From: Actinomycetota bacterium
Lineage (GTDB): Bacteria; Actinomycetota; CADDZG01; WHSQ01
DNA length: 64,000 nucleotides
Direction: 5' to 3'
NCBI GenBank assembly: GCA_046566065.1
Contig: JBKHXK010000010.1
Coordinates: forward strand, 4,392 to 68,391
The notes under the pieces were generated by a model. That model made no database searches, was not told where the DNA came from, and saw only the letters and a program-made list of their open reading frames with translations. The first letter of the stretch is position 1, and each line of letters opens with the position of its first letter. Both the position numbers and the translations under genes were made by a program. Shown piece after piece: positions 12,679 to 24,848 of this stretch.

Positions 12679-13974
12679 CTACTTCAGGAACCCTTCGTAG
12701 TGGCGCATCATCAGCTGCGACTCGATCTGCTTCATGGTCTCGAGGGTCACACCGACGGTGATGAGGATCGAGGTGCCGCCGAAGGGCAACGCCTGCACGT
12801 TCGCCGTGGCCAGAGCGATAGACGGCAACAAGGCGATGAATGCGATGAAGAGGGCGCCCGGGAGGGTGATCCTGGTCAGGATGCGGTCCAGGTAGTCCGC
12901 GGTCTGGCGGCCGGGCCGGATGCCTGGGATGAAACCCCCGTACTTCTTCATGTTGTCCGCAACGTCGACCGGGTTGAAAGAGATCGCCGTGTAGAAGTAC
13001 GCGAAGAAGACCACCATGATCCCGTAGAGCACCATGTAGGTGGCGCTTCGGGAATTCACCAGATGGTTGGAGATGAAGTTCTGGATCGTCTGGTTCTGCA
13101 CGACGTTCTGCAAGAGGCTGGGGATGTAGAGAACGCTCGAAGCGAAGATGATCGGGATGATCCCCGCCTGGTTCACCTTGAGTGGGATGTAGGTCGAGCT
13201 TCCTCCGTACATCCTTCGCCCGACCACCCGCTTGGCGTACTGAACGGGGATCCTCCTCTGGCCCTGCTCCATGATCACGATCGCAACGATCACGGCCAGA
13301 GCCATCGCGCAGATGACGAGGAAGAACGGCAAACCCTTCTGGTCGAGGATCGCCTTGCCCTCGGAAGGCAGCGTGGAGATGATCGAGGCGAAGATCAGGA
13401 TCGACATCCCGTTCCCGATCCCGCGCTGAGTGATCAGCTCGCCCAGCCACATGATCAGTGCGGTACCGGCGGTGAGCGAGATCACGACGATCATGACGCG
13501 GAAGGGTGTGAAGTTCGGGATCAGGTCGACGGGCTGTCCACTCGCCGTCTGGATCTGGCCTCTGTGGAACAGGAACGCCAGACCCGTTGACTGCAGGATG
13601 GCCAGAACGACCGTTAGGTAGCGGGTCCACTGGGTGATCTTCTTCGTGCCCTGCTCGCCCTCTTTCGACCACGCCTCGAGCTTCGGGATCACAACGGTGA
13701 GCAGCTGCATGATGATCGACGAGGTGATGTACGGCATGATCCCCAGCGCGAACACGGCCAGTTGCGTCAACGCTCCACCGGAGAAGAGGTTGATGAACTG
13801 GAAAACACCGCTCTGGGCGCCGGCAGCGAACTCCTGAGCGCGTTGGATGTCGATGCCCGGCGTGGGAACGTGAGCCCCGAACCGGTACACGGCGATGATC
13901 AACAGCGTGAAGAGGATCTTCTTGCGGAGATCCGGAACCTTGAACGCGTTGACGAACGCCTTCAGGAGATTCAC
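12679..13974 (-). CDS. secY: preprotein translocase subunit SecY
   Basis: 431 aa and polytopic. Contains GIMPYITSSIIMQLL, and sits in the canonical position between rplO and adk. Confidence 0.97.
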   Translation of the reverse strand: MNLLKAFVNAFKVPDLRKKILFTLLIIAVYRFGAHVPTPGIDIQRAQEFAAGAQSGVFQFINLFSGGALTQLAVFALGIMPYITSSIIMQLLTVVIPKLEAWSKEGEQGTKKITQWTRYLTVVLAILQSTGLAFLFHRGQIQTASGQPVDLIPNFTPFRVMIVVISLTAGTALIMWLGELITQRGIGNGMSILIFASIISTLPSEGKAILDQKGLPFFLVICAMALAVIVAIVIMEQGQRRIPVQYAKRVVGRRMYGGSSTYIPLKVNQAGIIPIIFASSVLYIPSLLQNVVQNQTIQNFISNHLVNSRSATYMVLYGIMVVFFAYFYTAISFNPVDVADNMKKYGGFIPGIRPGRQTADYLDRILTRITLPGALFIAFIALLPSIALATANVQALPFGGTSILITVGVTLETMKQIESQLMMRHYEGFLK

Positions 13975-14453
13975 TTAGACGCCTGCTTCTTCGGCTTCTT
14001 CTTCTTGTTCGTGGGGATCTCTATGAGCTCGGCCGTGCCGCCGGCGCCCTCGATCTTGGCGCGAGCGGTCTCCGAGAAAGCGTGGGCCCGCACGGTCACC
14101 TTGCGGCTGATGTCCCCGCTTCCCAGGATCTTGATGTACTTGTCACGCTTGTGGACCAGGCCGGCCCCCCGCAGCTCATCGGGACCGAGCTCGGAGCCCT
14201 CGAGCGTGTCCAGCTCGGCCACGTTGACCGCGCCGTACTCGCGGCGGTTGGGTGGGGTGAACCCCTTCAGCTTGGGGATGCGGCGCGCCAGAGGCATCTG
14301 CCCACCCTCGAAGAAGATGTGCACCTCGCCGCGCGCTTTCGTGCCCTTGGTCCCGCGACCCGCCGTCTTGCCCTTGCCGGAGCCGTCCCCTCGTCCGACG
14401 CGCTTGCGACGCTTATGGGACCCGGGGGCGGGCTGCAACTCGTGTGGCTTCAT
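13971..14453 (-). CDS. rplO: 50S ribosomal protein L15
   Basis: [32 protein letters not shown]... Confidence 0.96.
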   Translation of the reverse strand: MKPHELQPAPGSHKRRKRVGRGDGSGKGKTAGRGTKGTKARGEVHIFFEGGQMPLARRIPKLKGFTPPNRREYGAVNVAELDTLEGSELGPDELRGAGLVHKRDKYIKILGSGDISRKVTVRAHAFSETARAKIEGAGGTAELIEIPTNKKKKPKKQASK

Positions 14454-14635
14454 TCGTCTGTCTCCTCGACCACTAGCAGGTGCTCGACCGCTCGGATCAT
14501 CCCTCTGATCTCGGGCTTGTCCTCATGCACCACGGTGTGCCCGAGGCGCTTGAGACCCAGTGCCCGGATCGTCCCGCGCTGCTTCGCGCCGCGCGACGTA
14601 GCGGACCTGACCTGGGTGACCTTCAGCTTTGCCAT
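14450..14635 (-). CDS. rpmD: 50S ribosomal protein L30
   Basis: [36 protein letters not shown]... Confidence 0.93.
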   Translation of the reverse strand: MAKLKVTQVRSATSRGAKQRGTIRALGLKRLGHTVVHEDKPEIRGMIRAVEHLLVVEETDE

Positions 14636-14655
14636 ATCTCCTCAGTCCTTCTCGA

Positions 14656-15219
14656 CTACTCGTTCGCCGACGCGTCGTGGGCGCCGACGAGCAGGTAGGG
14701 CGGGGCGACCTCTTCCGCGGTCTTGCCCCGACGCTTCGCCACGCGGTCCGCCGTCTGGAGACCTTTCAGCGCTTTCACTGTGGCGTGGATGATGTTGATC
14801 GGATTGTCCGAGCCCAGAGACTTCGACAGGATGTCGTGGATGCCGGCACACTCGAGGACCGCACGAACGGGGCCCCCGGCGATGACACCGGTACCAGGCG
14901 AAGCGGGCTTCAGGAGCACGACGCCACCTGAATCCTCACCGATGATCTCGTGCGGGATCGTCTTCTGGATCATGGGGACGCTGAAGAAGTTGCGCTTCGC
15001 TTCCTCTACGCCCTTCTGGATCGCGGCCGGGACCTCTCGCGCCTTGCCGTACCCGACCCCGACCTGACCGGCTGTGTCACCGACGACGACGAGAGCCGTG
15101 AACGAGAACCTCCGTCCACCCTTGACCACCTTGGCGACGCGGTTGATAGACACGACCCGCTCCTCGTACTGCGAACGGTCGTCATCGCGGCCTCTTCCGG
15201 GCCCTCCTCCTCGTGCCAT
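14656..15219 (-). CDS. rpsE: 30S ribosomal protein S5
   Basis: [24 protein letters not shown]...[15 protein letters not shown]. Confidence 0.96.
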   Translation of the reverse strand: MARGGGPGRGRDDDRSQYEERVVSINRVAKVVKGGRRFSFTALVVVGDTAGQVGVGYGKAREVPAAIQKGVEEAKRNFFSVPMIQKTIPHEIIGEDSGGVVLLKPASPGTGVIAGGPVRAVLECAGIHDILSKSLGSDNPINIIHATVKALKGLQTADRVAKRRGKTAEEVAPPYLLVGAHDASANE

Positions 15220-15244
15220 CAGTCACACACCTCTCTATGGATCA

Positions 15245-15598
15245 TCAGAACTCGAGCCCGCCCTCGCGAGCGCCTTCCGCTACTGCCTGAACGCGACCGT
15301 GGTAGCGGAACCCTCCCCGGTCGAACGTCACCTGGGTGACGCCGGCGGCCTTGGCCTTGCTAGCAAGATCGAGACCCACCTTCTTGGCGCGCTCCTTGGG
15401 AGCTCCGTCACCGTTGCCGGCGGTCGTCGAAGACGCCGCCAGGGTCCGCCCGGCGAAGTCGTCGATCACCTGCGCGTAGATGTGCTTGTTGGACCGGTAC
15501 ACGGCCAGGCGAGGACGCTCTGCCGTGCCGACGACCTTCTTGCGCACGCGGCGATGGCGCCTGTCCAGCGACCGGAACCGCTCGTTCGTGTTAGCCAT
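15245..15598 (-). CDS. rplR: 50S ribosomal protein L18
   Basis: Start is set at ATG 15598 ([21 protein letters not shown]), just after the rplF stop at 15603. The ORF-track extension overlaps rplF. Confidence 0.94.
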   Translation of the reverse strand: MANTNERFRSLDRRHRRVRKKVVGTAERPRLAVYRSNKHIYAQVIDDFAGRTLAASSTTAGNGDGAPKERAKKVGLDLASKAKAAGVTQVTFDRGGFRYHGRVQAVAEGAREGGLEF

Positions 15599-15602
15599 GT
15601 TC

Positions 15603-16148
15603 CTAAGCTCCTGCCTTCGCGGCCTTGCCGCCCTTGCGTCTGATGTATTCACCCTCGTAGCGGATGCCCTTGGCCTTGTAGGGCTCGGGCTTCTTGATCG
15701 CTCGGATCTCGGCCGCTACCTGCCCCACCAGCTCCTTGTCGATCCCGCGGATCGTCAGCCTGGTCGGCGTGGGTACCTCGAACTCGATGCCCTTGGGGGC
15801 GGGTTTCTTCACTGTGTGCGAGAAACCGACCGAGAACTCGAGGTCGCTCCCCTGCTTGGCCACCCTGTAACCGACGCCATGGATCTCGAGACGCTTCTCG
15901 TAGCCTTCGGTGACGCCTTGCACCATGTTCGCCACCAGGCTTCGCACCAACCCGTGCAATGCGCGCGTCTCCCTGGCTTCGTTGTCACGCGTGACGCGCA
16001 ACTCGCCATCAACCTGCTCGATCGTCACGCCCGCGGGGATGGACCGCTGGAGCTCGCCCTTGGGACCGTTCACGGTGATCGTTTGACCGACAACGCTCAC
16101 GGTCACCGAAGCGGGAACCGTTATGGGTGCCTGTCCTACTCGAGACAT
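15603..16148 (-). CDS. rplF: 50S ribosomal protein L6
   Basis: [19 protein letters not shown]...GPKGEL...[12 protein letters not shown]. Confidence 0.96.
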   Translation of the reverse strand: MSRVGQAPITVPASVTVSVVGQTITVNGPKGELQRSIPAGVTIEQVDGELRVTRDNEARETRALHGLVRSLVANMVQGVTEGYEKRLEIHGVGYRVAKQGSDLEFSVGFSHTVKKPAPKGIEFEVPTPTRLTIRGIDKELVGQVAAEIRAIKKPEPYKAKGIRYEGEYIRRKGGKAAKAGA

Positions 16149-16159
16149 CTAGTTCTCCT

Positions 16160-16558
16160 CTACCAAACGTACGCGAGGACTTCGCCGCCGACCTTGGCGC
16201 GCCGAGCCTGCTTGTCGGTCATGACCCCTTGTGAGGTCGAGATGATCGCTACGCCCAGGCCACCCAGGACCCGTGGCAGCTCCTGTGCGCCTCGGTACAC
16301 GCGGCGACCGGGCTTCGAGATCCTGCGGATCCCGGAGATGGCGCGCTCGCGGTCCTCCGAGTAGCGAAGGTTGATCTTGATCACGGGATGCGGGCCCTCT
16401 TCGAGCACCTCGAGCCCGTTCACGTAGCCCTCGTCCAGGAGGATCCGGGCGATGTTCTCTTTGATCTTGGAAGCCGGGATCGTCACGTCATCGTGCATCG
16501 CGGTGGATGCATTCCTGATGCGCGACAGCATGTCCGAGATCGGATCTGTCATCGTCAT
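16160..16558 (-). CDS. rpsH: 30S ribosomal protein S8
   Basis: Start is set at ATG 16558 ([17 protein letters not shown]) with an upstream GGAGGTGGAG. The ORF-track extension overlaps rpsZ. Confidence 0.95.
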   Translation of the reverse strand: MTMTDPISDMLSRIRNASTAMHDDVTIPASKIKENIARILLDEGYVNGLEVLEEGPHPVIKINLRYSEDRERAISGIRRISKPGRRVYRGAQELPRVLGGLGVAIISTSQGVMTDKQARRAKVGGEVLAYVW

Positions 16559-16577
16559 AGTTAGCTCTCCACCTCCT

Positions 16578-16763
16578 CTACCAACTCGATTTCGTGATGC
16601 CCGGGATCTCGCCGTTGTGCGCCATCTCGCGGAAGCACAACCGACATAGCCCGAAACGCTTGAAGACGGCTCTCGGACGCCCGCACCGCGCACAGCGCGT
16701 GTACTGGCGAACCTTGTACTTCGGCTTCGCCTTTGCCTTGTTGATCAGTGCTTTCTTAGCCAT
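16578..16763 (-). CDS. rpsZ: 30S ribosomal protein S14 type Z (zinc-binding)
   Basis: 61 aa, with [10 protein letters not shown]...CRLCFR. Confidence 0.95.
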   Translation of the reverse strand: MAKKALINKAKAKPKYKVRQYTRCARCGRPRAVFKRFGLCRLCFREMAHNGEIPGITKSSW

Positions 16764-16775
16764 CTACCCTCGCTC

Positions 16776-17348
16776 CTAAGACCTGTCGCCCTGCTGCTTG
16801 AAGGGGAAACCCAGCGCCGTGAGGAGAGCGCGCCCCTGCTCGTCGTCCTTTGCCGTCGTAACGATCGTGATGTCCATCCCGCGGGTCTGATCGATGTCGT
16901 CGTAGTCGATCTCGGGGAACACCAGTTGTTCCGTGAGTCCGAAGTTGTAGTTGCCGCTGCCGTCGAACGACTTGGGGCTGAGCCCTCGAAAGTCCCGGAT
17001 GCGGGGCAGCACGATCGAGGTCAAGCGGTCGAGGAAGTCCCACATGCGGTCGCCTCTCATCGTCACGCTGGCGCCCACCGGCATGCCCTCGCGGATCTTG
17101 AACGTGGCGATCGACTTCCGAGCCCTGCGCAGCGCGGGCTTCTGGCCCGTGATGCTGGTCAGGTCCTTCATCGCGCCGTCCATGAGCTTGGCGTCCTTGG
17201 CCGCATCGCCGACACCCATGTTCACGACCACCTTGAGGGGCTTGGGTACCTGCATCACGTTGGTCAGACCCAGGTCGCTCTGCAGGCGCGCCTGCAGCTC
17301 GCTCCGGTACTGCTCTTTCAGTCTCGGGGTGTAGGTCGCTTGTGCCAT
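16776..17348 (-). CDS. rplE: 50S ribosomal protein L5
   Basis: Start is set at ATG 17348 ([14 protein letters not shown]), which forms an ATGA overlap with the rplX stop. Confidence 0.95.
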   Translation of the reverse strand: MAQATYTPRLKEQYRSELQARLQSDLGLTNVMQVPKPLKVVVNMGVGDAAKDAKLMDGAMKDLTSITGQKPALRRARKSIATFKIREGMPVGASVTMRGDRMWDFLDRLTSIVLPRIRDFRGLSPKSFDGSGNYNFGLTEQLVFPEIDYDDIDQTRGMDITIVTTAKDDEQGRALLTALGFPFKQQGDRS

Positions 17349-17671
17349 CACAGCTCCGTTCCGCACTTCTTACAGATGCGTGTCTTCGTGCCGCCCGCCT
17401 CGATGCGGTAGCCCACGCGGGCCACCTTGTCGTTCGGGCACGCCAGAGCGACGTTGGAGATGTCGACCGAGGCTTCCTTGTGCTCGATGCCGCCCTCTTG
17501 GCCGCCACGGCGGGACATGCGGATCTTCTCGTGTCGAGTGACCCGGTTGACGCCCTCGACGATCACGCGCTTCTTCTTGGGGAGCACCTGGAGCACCCGG
17601 CCATCGGCGCCCTTGTCCTTGCCACCGATGATCACGACGTTGTCACCCTTGCGGATCTTCAAACCCGGCAT
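17348..17671 (-). CDS. rplX: 50S ribosomal protein L24
   Basis: [25 protein letters not shown] (KOW motif). Confidence 0.95.
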   Translation of the reverse strand: MPGLKIRKGDNVVIIGGKDKGADGRVLQVLPKKKRVIVEGVNRVTRHEKIRMSRRGGQEGGIEHKEASVDISNVALACPNDKVARVGYRIEAGGTKTRICKKCGTEL

Positions 17672-18040
17672 CTACAACACCTCCGGGGCGAGAGAGATGA
17701 TCTTCATGAAGCGCTTGTCGCGCAGCTCTCGAGCGACGGGCCCAAAGATGCGGGTGCCTCGCGGCTGCATCTGCCCGTCGACGATCACGACGGCGTTGTC
17801 GTCGAACTTGATGTACGAACCGTCACCGCGCCGGCGTTCCTTGGCGGTTCGCACGACCACGGCCTTCACCACATCCGACTTCTTGACCGCACCGCCGGGG
17901 ATAGCGTCCTTGACGGTACAAACCACTAGATCCCCAACGCCGGCGTAACGCCGCCTGGAGCCGCCCAGCACTTTGATCACGAGAACCTCACGAGCTCCCG
18001 TGTTGTCTGCAACCCTGCACCTGCTCTCTTGTTGGATCAC
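17672..18040 (-). CDS. rplN: 50S ribosomal protein L14
   Basis: [27 protein letters not shown]... Confidence 0.97.
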   Translation of the reverse strand: MIQQESRCRVADNTGAREVLVIKVLGGSRRRYAGVGDLVVCTVKDAIPGGAVKKSDVVKAVVVRTAKERRRGDGSYIKFDDNAVVIVDGQMQPRGTRIFGPVARELRDKRFMKIISLAPEVL

Positions 18041-18309
18041 TTCGCTCTTTCCACTACCTCGACTACACGCCAGCGCTTCGTCTTCGAAAGGGGCCGCGTC
18101 TCGGCGATGCGAACCGTGTCACCCAGATGGGCGTCGTTCGCCTCGTCGTGTGCTTTCAGCCGCTTGTTGCGACGGACGATCTTCTTGTACGTCGAGTGAG
18201 AAGCGGCATCGCGCACCTCGACCACGACCGTCTTGTCCATCGCCTCGGACACGACGCGGCCGACCTCGTACTTCCGCTTCCCACGTTCCGTCGTCTCGCT
18301 CATACTCAT
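18037..18309 (-). CDS. rpsQ: 30S ribosomal protein S17
   Basis: [16 protein letters not shown]...[27 protein letters not shown]. Confidence 0.95.
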   Translation of the reverse strand: MSMSETTERGKRKYEVGRVVSEAMDKTVVVEVRDAASHSTYKKIVRRNKRLKAHDEANDAHLGDTVRIAETRPLSKTKRWRVVEVVERAK

Positions 18310-18530
18310 GTCAGTTCCTTATCTCCACTCAGCTCACGCTCTCTGACGATCGTCTTGATCCGAGCGATGTCCTTGCGCAGCTCACCCAGGCGCTTGTAGT
18401 TGTCCAGCTGTCCGGTCGCGTTCTGGAACCGCAGGTTGAACAACTCCTCCTTGGTCTCGGCAAGCTTCGTGTTGAGCTCGTCGATCGTGAGGTCACGCAT
18501 GTCCGAGGTCTTCGTCCGCTTCGCCATCAC
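18306..18530 (-). CDS. rpmC: 50S ribosomal protein L29
   Basis: [25 protein letters not shown]. Confidence 0.93.
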   Translation of the reverse strand: MMAKRTKTSDMRDLTIDELNTKLAETKEELFNLRFQNATGQLDNYKRLGELRKDIARIKTIVRERELSGDKELT

Positions 18531-18952
18531 TGCACCTCCAGCGGAGCTTCACGGGAGACGAAGCGGCACTTGATCGGCAGCTTGTGCGCCGCCAGCCGGA
18601 TCGCTTCTCTCGCCAGAGGTTCGGGGATACCGGCGATCTCGAACATGACGCGCCCGGGCTTGATCACCGCGACCCAGCCTTCGGGGTTCCCCTTACCGGA
18701 GCCCTGACGGGTCTCTGCGGGCTTCTTCGTGTAGGGCTTGTCGGGAAAGACGTTGATCCATACCTTCCCTCCACGACGGATGTGGCGGGTCATCGCGATA
18801 CGAGCCGCCTCGATCTGCCGGTTGGTGATCCAGCCCGGCTCGAGGGCCATGAGGCCGTAGTCACCGAAGTTCACGGTGGTGCCGCCCTTGGCCTGGCCAC
18901 GCATACGCCCGCGCTGCTGCTTGCGGTGTTTGACCTTCTTCGGCTGCAGCAC
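18527..18952 (-). CDS. rplP: 50S ribosomal protein L16
   Basis: [24 protein letters not shown]... Confidence 0.97.
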   Translation of the reverse strand: MLQPKKVKHRKQQRGRMRGQAKGGTTVNFGDYGLMALEPGWITNRQIEAARIAMTRHIRRGGKVWINVFPDKPYTKKPAETRQGSGKGNPEGWVAVIKPGRVMFEIAGIPEPLAREAIRLAAHKLPIKCRFVSREAPLEVQ

Positions 18953-19968
18953 TACTTCTCACCACCTTCGGGGTCGGTTCCTCCGGGAGCGGTGGGGTCG
19001 GCGGTGGCGCTGGTTTGGCCGGCCTGGTCTGCGCTGGGGGCGTCGACCGCTTCGGTCTTCGCGGTCCCCTTCTCGCGCTCGTCGCCGGTCTTTCCCTCCA
19101 CGGTCGCCTCGCCGGTGGACACAGACCCGGACTCAGCCCCTGCCTTGGTCGCCTCCGCTTTCTGGCCGGGCGACGGCGATGCCGCCTTGCCGGCGGTGGA
19201 CGTGGCTCCAGCTTTGGTGGAACGAGCCTTGCGAGCACGATCATCCGCCCCGCGGCCCACGGTCTCGCCGGCGGCCAGTGCAGCTTCACGTCGAAGGCGA
19301 GCGGTGTCGCGGGCGGACGCGTAGATGTCCTGGAAGGGACCCTTGTAGATCCACACCTTCACACCGATGCGTCCGAACGTCGTCTTCGCCTCGGAGAAGC
19401 CGTAGTCGATGTCCGCACGCAGGGTGTGCAGAGGCATCTGACCCTCGATGTACCACTCGGTGCGGCTCATCTCGGCGCCGCCGAGACGGCCCCCGCACTG
19501 AACGCGAACGCCCTTAGCGCCGTGGCGCATGGCCGTGCCGACGGCCTTCTTCATCGCACGACGGAACGAAACACGGCTTGCCAATTGCTCGGCCACACCC
19601 TGAGCGATCAACTGAGCATCCAGCTCCGGCTGCTTGACCTCGATGATGTTCAAGCGAACATCCGTCGGCTTGCCGTAGATCTTCGACTCCATCTCCTCGA
19701 GCTTCGAGCGAAGACGCTCGGCCTCGGAGCCACGGCGACCGATAACGATGCCCGGACGAGCCGTGTGCGCGTCGATCCGAACCCGCTCGCGGGTGCGCTC
19801 GATGTCGATGCGGCTGATCCCGGCGTGCGGCAGCTGCCCCAGCAGGTACTCGCGGATGCGGAGGTCTGCCTCGAGGTAGTCGCGGTACTGCTTCTCTGTG
19901 AACCAGCGCGACTTCCAGTCGGTGTGGATACCGAGGCGGAAGCCGTAAGGGTGAACCTTCTGGCCCAT
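18952..19968 (-). CDS. rpsC: 30S ribosomal protein S3 with a roughly 110-aa low-complexity C-terminal tail
   Basis: The [23 protein letters not shown]... core is canonical. The tail after about residue 225 is rich in Ala, Gly, Thr, Glu and Lys. Confidence 0.96.
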   Translation of the reverse strand: MGQKVHPYGFRLGIHTDWKSRWFTEKQYRDYLEADLRIREYLLGQLPHAGISRIDIERTRERVRIDAHTARPGIVIGRRGSEAERLRSKLEEMESKIYGKPTDVRLNIIEVKQPELDAQLIAQGVAEQLASRVSFRRAMKKAVGTAMRHGAKGVRVQCGGRLGGAEMSRTEWYIEGQMPLHTLRADIDYGFSEAKTTFGRIGVKVWIYKGPFQDIYASARDTARLRREAALAAGETVGRGADDRARKARSTKAGATSTAGKAASPSPGQKAEATKAGAESGSVSTGEATVEGKTGDEREKGTAKTEAVDAPSADQAGQTSATADPTAPGGTDPEGGEK

Positions 19969-20552
19969 TACTTGCCCTCCTCGGTCTTCTTCTTGGTCGT
20001 TTTCTTGGCTGTGGTCTTCTTCGCCGTCGTCTTCTTGGCGGTCGGCTTCTTCTTGGTGGTCTTGGCGGGGGTTGCTTCCGTGGCCTCGCTGCTCTTCGTA
20101 GCGGAGGAGCGCGGGGCCGGTTTGCCGGCGGTGTCCTTGCGGACACGGCGAACGGTCTGGTTGGTCGCAGGCCGCTCAGGCAGTTGGACCTCGTCCGGAC
20201 GACCGACGACCACCGAGATGTGACAGGTCCGCTTGCGGATCCGGGTCGCACGACCCTGGGCACGCGGGCGGAACCTCTTCAGCGTGGGGCCTTCGTCGAC
20301 CCAGGCGCGGGCCACGACGAGTTCGTCGCCCGGCAGACCACGGTTGTGCTCGGCGTTGGCTATCGCCGACTCGAGCACCTTGCCGACCACCGGCGAGGCG
20401 CTGCGAGGCACGAACTTCAGAACCCGTCGAGCGTCGTCCACGTGGCGGCCACGGATCAGGTCGACAACCTGGCGAGCTTTCGTGGGAGACATCCGTATGA
20501 ACCTCGCCGTGGCGATGGCCTCTTGTACGTCCGGTGCGATCTTCCGTGCCAT
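19968..20552 (-). CDS. rplV: 50S ribosomal protein L22 with a Lys/Thr-rich C-terminal tail
   Basis: Core is [22 protein letters not shown]. The tail ends [28 protein letters not shown]. Confidence 0.95.
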   Translation of the reverse strand: MARKIAPDVQEAIATARFIRMSPTKARQVVDLIRGRHVDDARRVLKFVPRSASPVVGKVLESAIANAEHNRGLPGDELVVARAWVDEGPTLKRFRPRAQGRATRIRKRTCHISVVVGRPDEVQLPERPATNQTVRRVRKDTAGKPAPRSSATKSSEATEATPAKTTKKKPTAKKTTAKKTTAKKTTKKKTEEGK

Positions 20553-20836
20553 TACTTAGCCCTCGTGGTTCTCTCAGCCGATCCGCCGTGTGTGCGGAAG
20601 GCGCGTGTCGGCGCGAACTCGCCGAGCTTGTGCCCGACCATCGACTCCGTCACGTAAACGGGAACGTGCTTACGGCCGTCGTGCACGGCGATCGTGTGCC
20701 CGACCATGTCGGGGATCACCGTGGAGCGGCGCGACCACGTCTTGATGACGCGCTTCTCGTTGCGCTTGTTCATCTCCGCCACCTTGATGAGCAGGTGGTC
20801 GTCGACGAACGGGCCCTTCTTGAGCGAACGCGGCAT
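20552..20836 (-). CDS. rpsS: 30S ribosomal protein S19
   Basis: [16 protein letters not shown]...[17 protein letters not shown]. Confidence 0.97.
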   Translation of the reverse strand: MPRSLKKGPFVDDHLLIKVAEMNKRNEKRVIKTWSRRSTVIPDMVGHTIAVHDGRKHVPVYVTESMVGHKLGEFAPTRAFRTHGGSAERTTRAK

Positions 20837-20839
20837 CTT

Positions 20840-21670
20840 CTATCTACCTCTCTTCTTGCGGCGCCGGCGGACGATCATCTGGTCCGACGACTTCTTCTTG
20901 CGCGTGCGGCCCTCCGGCTGACCCCAGGGAGACACGGGGTGACGTCCACCGGACGACTTGCCCTCTCCACCACCGAGCGGATGGTCCACCGGGTTCATGG
21001 CGACGCCTCGCACGGAGGGACGCTTGTTCTTCCAGCGGGCCCGGCCCGCCTTGCCGACGGAGATCAGCTCGGCCTCGGCGTTCCCGACCTCTCCGACCGT
21101 TGCCCGGCACTCGCTCTGCACCATGCGCATCTCGCCTGAGGGCAGACGGAGCGTTGCCCGAGTGCCTTCCTTGGCGATCAGCTGCACCGAGGAACCTGCG
21201 GAGCGAGCCATCTTGCCGCCCGCACCAGGCTTCAACTCGACGTTGTGCACGACGGTACCGACTGGGATGTTGCGCAGCGGAAGCGCGTTGCCCGGACGGA
21301 TGTCTGCGCTCGGACCAGACTGGATCACGTCGCCGACCTTCACGCGGTTTGGCATGAGGATGTAGCGCTTCTCGCCGTCCTTGTAGTGGAGCAGAGCGAT
21401 ACGTGCGTTGCGGTTGGGGTCGTACTCGACGTGCGCCACCTTCGCGGGCACGCCGTCCTTGTTCCGCTTGAAGTCGATCACCCGGTAGCGGTTCTTGTTT
21501 CCGCCGCCTTGGTGACGCGTCGTCACACGCCCGTAGTTGTTGCGACCGGCCTTCTTCGGCTTGGGCTCGACGAGCGACTTCTCCGGCTCGTTCCGCGTGA
21601 GCTCGGAGTAGGTGGACGTCGACTGGAACCGGCGACCTGGTGATGTTGGTTTCGCTTTGCGTATGGCCAT
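20840..21670 (-). CDS. rplB: 50S ribosomal protein L2
   Basis: 276 aa. ...[16 protein letters not shown]...[19 protein letters not shown]. Confidence 0.97.
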   Translation of the reverse strand: MAIRKAKPTSPGRRFQSTSTYSELTRNEPEKSLVEPKPKKAGRNNYGRVTTRHQGGGNKNRYRVIDFKRNKDGVPAKVAHVEYDPNRNARIALLHYKDGEKRYILMPNRVKVGDVIQSGPSADIRPGNALPLRNIPVGTVVHNVELKPGAGGKMARSAGSSVQLIAKEGTRATLRLPSGEMRMVQSECRATVGEVGNAEAELISVGKAGRARWKNKRPSVRGVAMNPVDHPLGGGEGKSSGGRHPVSPWGQPEGRTRKKKSSDQMIVRRRRKKRGR

Positions 21671-21679
21671 CTAAAGCTC

Positions 21680-21979
21680 CTAAGCCTGCTGCTCGAAGAT
21701 CTCGATCTTGTGGCCCTCGGCGAGCTTGACTACGGCTCGCTTCGTGTCGGGGCGCTTGCCCATCGTGTAGCGGAAGCGCTTCGACTTGCCCTTGCGGTTC
21801 ACGGTGTTGACGTTCACGACCTTGACGTCCCAGATCGCCTCGACCGCTTGCCGGATCTCGGTCTTGTTCGCCTCGGGATGCACGACGAAGGTGTAGGCGT
21901 TCTGGTCGAGAAGCGAGTAGGACTTCTCGCTGACCACGGGGGCCAGGATCACGTCGCGGGGGTCGCTCTTGGTGCTCAC
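21680..21979 (-). CDS. rplW: 50S ribosomal protein L23
   Basis: [32 protein letters not shown]. Confidence 0.95.
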   Translation of the reverse strand: MSTKSDPRDVILAPVVSEKSYSLLDQNAYTFVVHPEANKTEIRQAVEAIWDVKVVNVNTVNRKGKSKRFRYTMGKRPDTKRAVVKLAEGHKIEIFEQQA

Positions 21980-22623
21980 GCGTCCACCTCCTCTTTCTTC
22001 GGAGAGGTGTAGCGGTCGAACGCTCCCGATGTGAAGACCAGGGCGTCGGCCACCAGTACGTCGTACGTGCCCAGTGAACCGACCAGTGAGAACGCCGCCT
22101 TGCCCAGATTGCGGAAGGCCTTGTCCACCGTTGCCGATCCTTCGTCCTGAGGGTCGAGCACGATGAGCACGCGGCCGTCGATCCCCGCTGCCTTGAGCGC
22201 TGCGGCTGCAGCTTTGGTCTTGCTCTCCGTGAAACCGTCGAGCACCCAGACCTGACCGGACTGCGCCTTGTCGGCGAGCGCGCTGCGTAGAGCGGCTGCT
22301 CGCATCTTCTTGTTCACCTTGACCGAGTAGCTACGTGGCTTGGGCCCGAACACCACACCACCGCCGGTCCAGATAGGGCTGCGGGACGAACCGTGCCGCG
22401 CACGGCCGGTTCCCTTCTGACGCCACGGCTTGGCGCCACCACCACGGACCTCGGAACGGGTCTTGGTAGAGGCGGTACCCGAGCGGGCTTCCGCAAGCTG
22501 CGCGGTGACGACCTGGTGCATCAGCGGAGCGTTCACTTCGCCGCCGAAGATCTCCTCCGGGAGTGCACGGTCACCGGTCGTCTTGCCGGTGCCATCGATG
22601 ACTTTCGCTTTGAGGGATGCCAT
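21976..22623 (-). CDS. rplD: 50S ribosomal protein L4
   Basis: [29 protein letters not shown]. Confidence 0.95.
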   Translation of the reverse strand: MASLKAKVIDGTGKTTGDRALPEEIFGGEVNAPLMHQVVTAQLAEARSGTASTKTRSEVRGGGAKPWRQKGTGRARHGSSRSPIWTGGGVVFGPKPRSYSVKVNKKMRAAALRSALADKAQSGQVWVLDGFTESKTKAAAAALKAAGIDGRVLIVLDPQDEGSATVDKAFRNLGKAAFSLVGSLGTYDVLVADALVFTSGAFDRYTSPKKEEVDA

Positions 22624-23282
22624 CAGCTGGCCTTCCTACTGGTCTGGCGCAAGCGAACCGCGGACCGCACCATCACGAGAGCGCCCCGGGGGCCGGGGAC
22701 CGCTCCGCGGATCAGGAGCAGGTTGCGCTCGGCGTCGGCCTTGATGATCTTGAGGTTCAGCGTGGTTACCCTGCGGTGACCCATATGACCTGCCATCCGG
22801 GTCCCTTTGAAGACCCTGCCGGGCGTGGCGCAGGCACCGATCGAACCAGGCGAACGATGCTTCGCCTGCGTCCCGTGCGTGGCGGACTGACCCCGGAAGT
22901 TGTGCCGCTTCATGCCGCCGGCGAAACCCTTTCCCTTGGTCACACCGATCACGTCGACGCTCTCACCGGCCTCGAACACGTCGGCCTTGATCTCGGTCCC
23001 GAGCTCGTAGCCGGCCATGTCGTCCATGCGGAGCTCCACGAGATGCCGGGCCGCGTCGATGCCGGCCTTGGAGAGGTGCCCCGCCTGGGGCTTGTTGGTC
23101 CGCTTGGCTTCACCGAACGCCAGTTGGATCGCCGAATAGCCGTCCGTCTCGGGACGCTTGATCTGTGCGACGCGACAGGGCCCGGCCTCGATGACCGTCA
23201 CGGGAACCGCTCTCCCCTGGTCGTCGAACACCTGGGTCATACCGATCTTGCGACCGAGTATCCCTTTCGTCTCTGTTGCCAT
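22623..23282 (-). CDS. rplC: 50S ribosomal protein L3
   Basis: [13 protein letters not shown]...[21 protein letters not shown]. Confidence 0.96.
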   Translation of the reverse strand: MATETKGILGRKIGMTQVFDDQGRAVPVTVIEAGPCRVAQIKRPETDGYSAIQLAFGEAKRTNKPQAGHLSKAGIDAARHLVELRMDDMAGYELGTEIKADVFEAGESVDVIGVTKGKGFAGGMKRHNFRGQSATHGTQAKHRSPGSIGACATPGRVFKGTRMAGHMGHRRVTTLNLKIIKADAERNLLLIRGAVPGPRGALVMVRSAVRLRQTSRKAS

Positions 23283-23299
23283 CTAAGTAGTTGCCTCTC

Positions 23300-23614
23300 C
23301 TAGAGCTTGAGCTCGATGTCGACGCCGGCCGGCAGATCGAGCCGCTGGAGCGAGTCGACCGTCTTGGGCGTCGGATTGACGATGTCTAGCAACCTCTTGT
23401 GCGTACGCATCTCGAAGTGCTCGCGCGAGTCCTTGTCCTTGTGTGGCGAACGGATGACCGTGTAGACCGATCGCTCCGTAGGCAACGGGATCGGGCCGTT
23501 GACGCTCGCGCCGGTGCGCGTGACCGTCTCGACGATCTTCTTCGCCGACTGGTCGATGACCTCATGGTCATAGGCCTTCAGCCTGATCCTGATCTTCATG
23601 CCGTTGTTCGCCAC
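23300..23614 (-). CDS. rpsJ: 30S ribosomal protein S10
   Basis: [25 protein letters not shown]... Confidence 0.97.
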   Translation of the reverse strand: MANNGMKIRIRLKAYDHEVIDQSAKKIVETVTRTGASVNGPIPLPTERSVYTVIRSPHKDKDSREHFEMRTHKRLLDIVNPTPKTVDSLQRLDLPAGVDIELKL

Positions 23615-23645
23615 TTAGGTCTGTTCCTTCTCTCTTTGGCTCGAG

Positions 23646-24836
23646 CTACTCGATGATCTTGGTGACGCGGCCGGCGCCGACGGTGCGGCCACCCTCACGG
23701 ATGGCGAAGCGCAGACCCTCGTCCATGGCGATCGGCTGAATCAGCTGCACTTCCATCTCGGTGTTGTCGCCGGGCATGACCATCTCGGTGCCGTCGGGCA
23801 GCTTGATGGAGCCGGTGACGTCCGTGGTGCGGAAGTAGAACTGGGGCCGGTAGTTGTTGAAGAACGGCGTGTGGCGACCACCCTCGTCCTTGCTCAGGAT
23901 GTAGACCTGAGAGTTGAACTTGGTGTGCGGGGTCACCGAGCCGGGCTTCGCGAGGACCTGGCCGCGCTGGACCTCGTCCTTCTTGGTTCCACGAAGCAGG
24001 ATGCCTGCGTTGTCGCCGGCCTGCGCCTCGTCGAGCATCTTGCGGAACATCTCGATACCGGTGACGACGGTCTTCGTCGTCTTCTCTTCGATACCGACGA
24101 TCTCGATCTCCTCACCGACCTTCAGCTGGCCCTGCTCGACACGACCGGTGACGACCGTTCCACGACCGGTGATCGTGAAGACGTCCTCGATCGGCATCAG
24201 GAAGGGCTTCTCGGTGTCGCGCTCGGGCTCGGGGATGTACTCGTCGACGGTCTTCATGAGCTCGAGGATCCCGGTGGCGGCGTCAGCGTCGCCTTCGAGG
24301 GCCTTGAGGGCCGAGACCCGCGTGACAGGGGTGTCGTCGCCGGGGTACTCGTACTCGGTCAGCAGCTCACGGACCTCGAGCTCGACGAGGTCGAGCAGCT
24401 CCTCGTCGTCCACCATGTCGGCCTTGTTCAGGGCGACCACGATGTAAGGCACGTTGACCTGACGAGCCAGAAGCACGTGCTCACGCGTCTGGGGCATAGG
24501 GCCGTCGGCAGCGGACACGACCAGGATGGCGCCGTCGATCTGAGCGGCACCGGTGATCATGTTCTTGATGTAGTCGGCGTGACCCGGCATGTCGACGTGG
24601 GCGTAGTGACGGTTCTCCGTCTCGTACTCCACGTGAGCGATGGCGATCGTGATGCCTCGCTCCTTCTCCTCCGGAGCCTTGTCGATCTGATCGAACGCCA
24701 TGGCCTGCACGTTCGGGTTGTTGTCGGCCAGAACCTTGGTGATGGCCGCGGTCAGGGTCGTCTTTCCGTGGTCGATGTGACCCATCGTCCCGATGTTTAC
24801 GTGCGGCTTGGTGCGCTCGAACTTCTGCTTAGACAT
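23646..24836 (-). CDS. tuf: elongation factor Tu
   Basis: 396 aa, with [22 protein letters not shown] and NKADM. Confidence 0.98.
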   Translation of the reverse strand: MSKQKFERTKPHVNIGTMGHIDHGKTTLTAAITKVLADNNPNVQAMAFDQIDKAPEEKERGITIAIAHVEYETENRHYAHVDMPGHADYIKNMITGAAQIDGAILVVSAADGPMPQTREHVLLARQVNVPYIVVALNKADMVDDEELLDLVELEVRELLTEYEYPGDDTPVTRVSALKALEGDADAATGILELMKTVDEYIPEPERDTEKPFLMPIEDVFTITGRGTVVTGRVEQGQLKVGEEIEIVGIEEKTTKTVVTGIEMFRKMLDEAQAGDNAGILLRGTKKDEVQRGQVLAKPGSVTPHTKFNSQVYILSKDEGGRHTPFFNNYRPQFYFRTTDVTGSIKLPDGTEMVMPGDNTEMEVQLIQPIAMDEGLRFAIREGGRTVGAGRVTKIIE

Positions 24837-24848
24837 GGCCTTCTCCTC

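Noticed and set aside
12638-13672. A 344-aa minus-strand ORF in an alternative frame of secY. Comparable alternate-frame ORFs are 16756-17508 (across rplE/rplX), 19514-20263 (rpsC/rplV), 46285-47247 (the LVIVD gene) and 56179-56913 (glxK).
   Set aside because: They are Arg/Pro/Gly/Asp-rich nonsense translations in the +1 or +2 frame of well-supported genes. None has an independent ribosome-binding site or motif.
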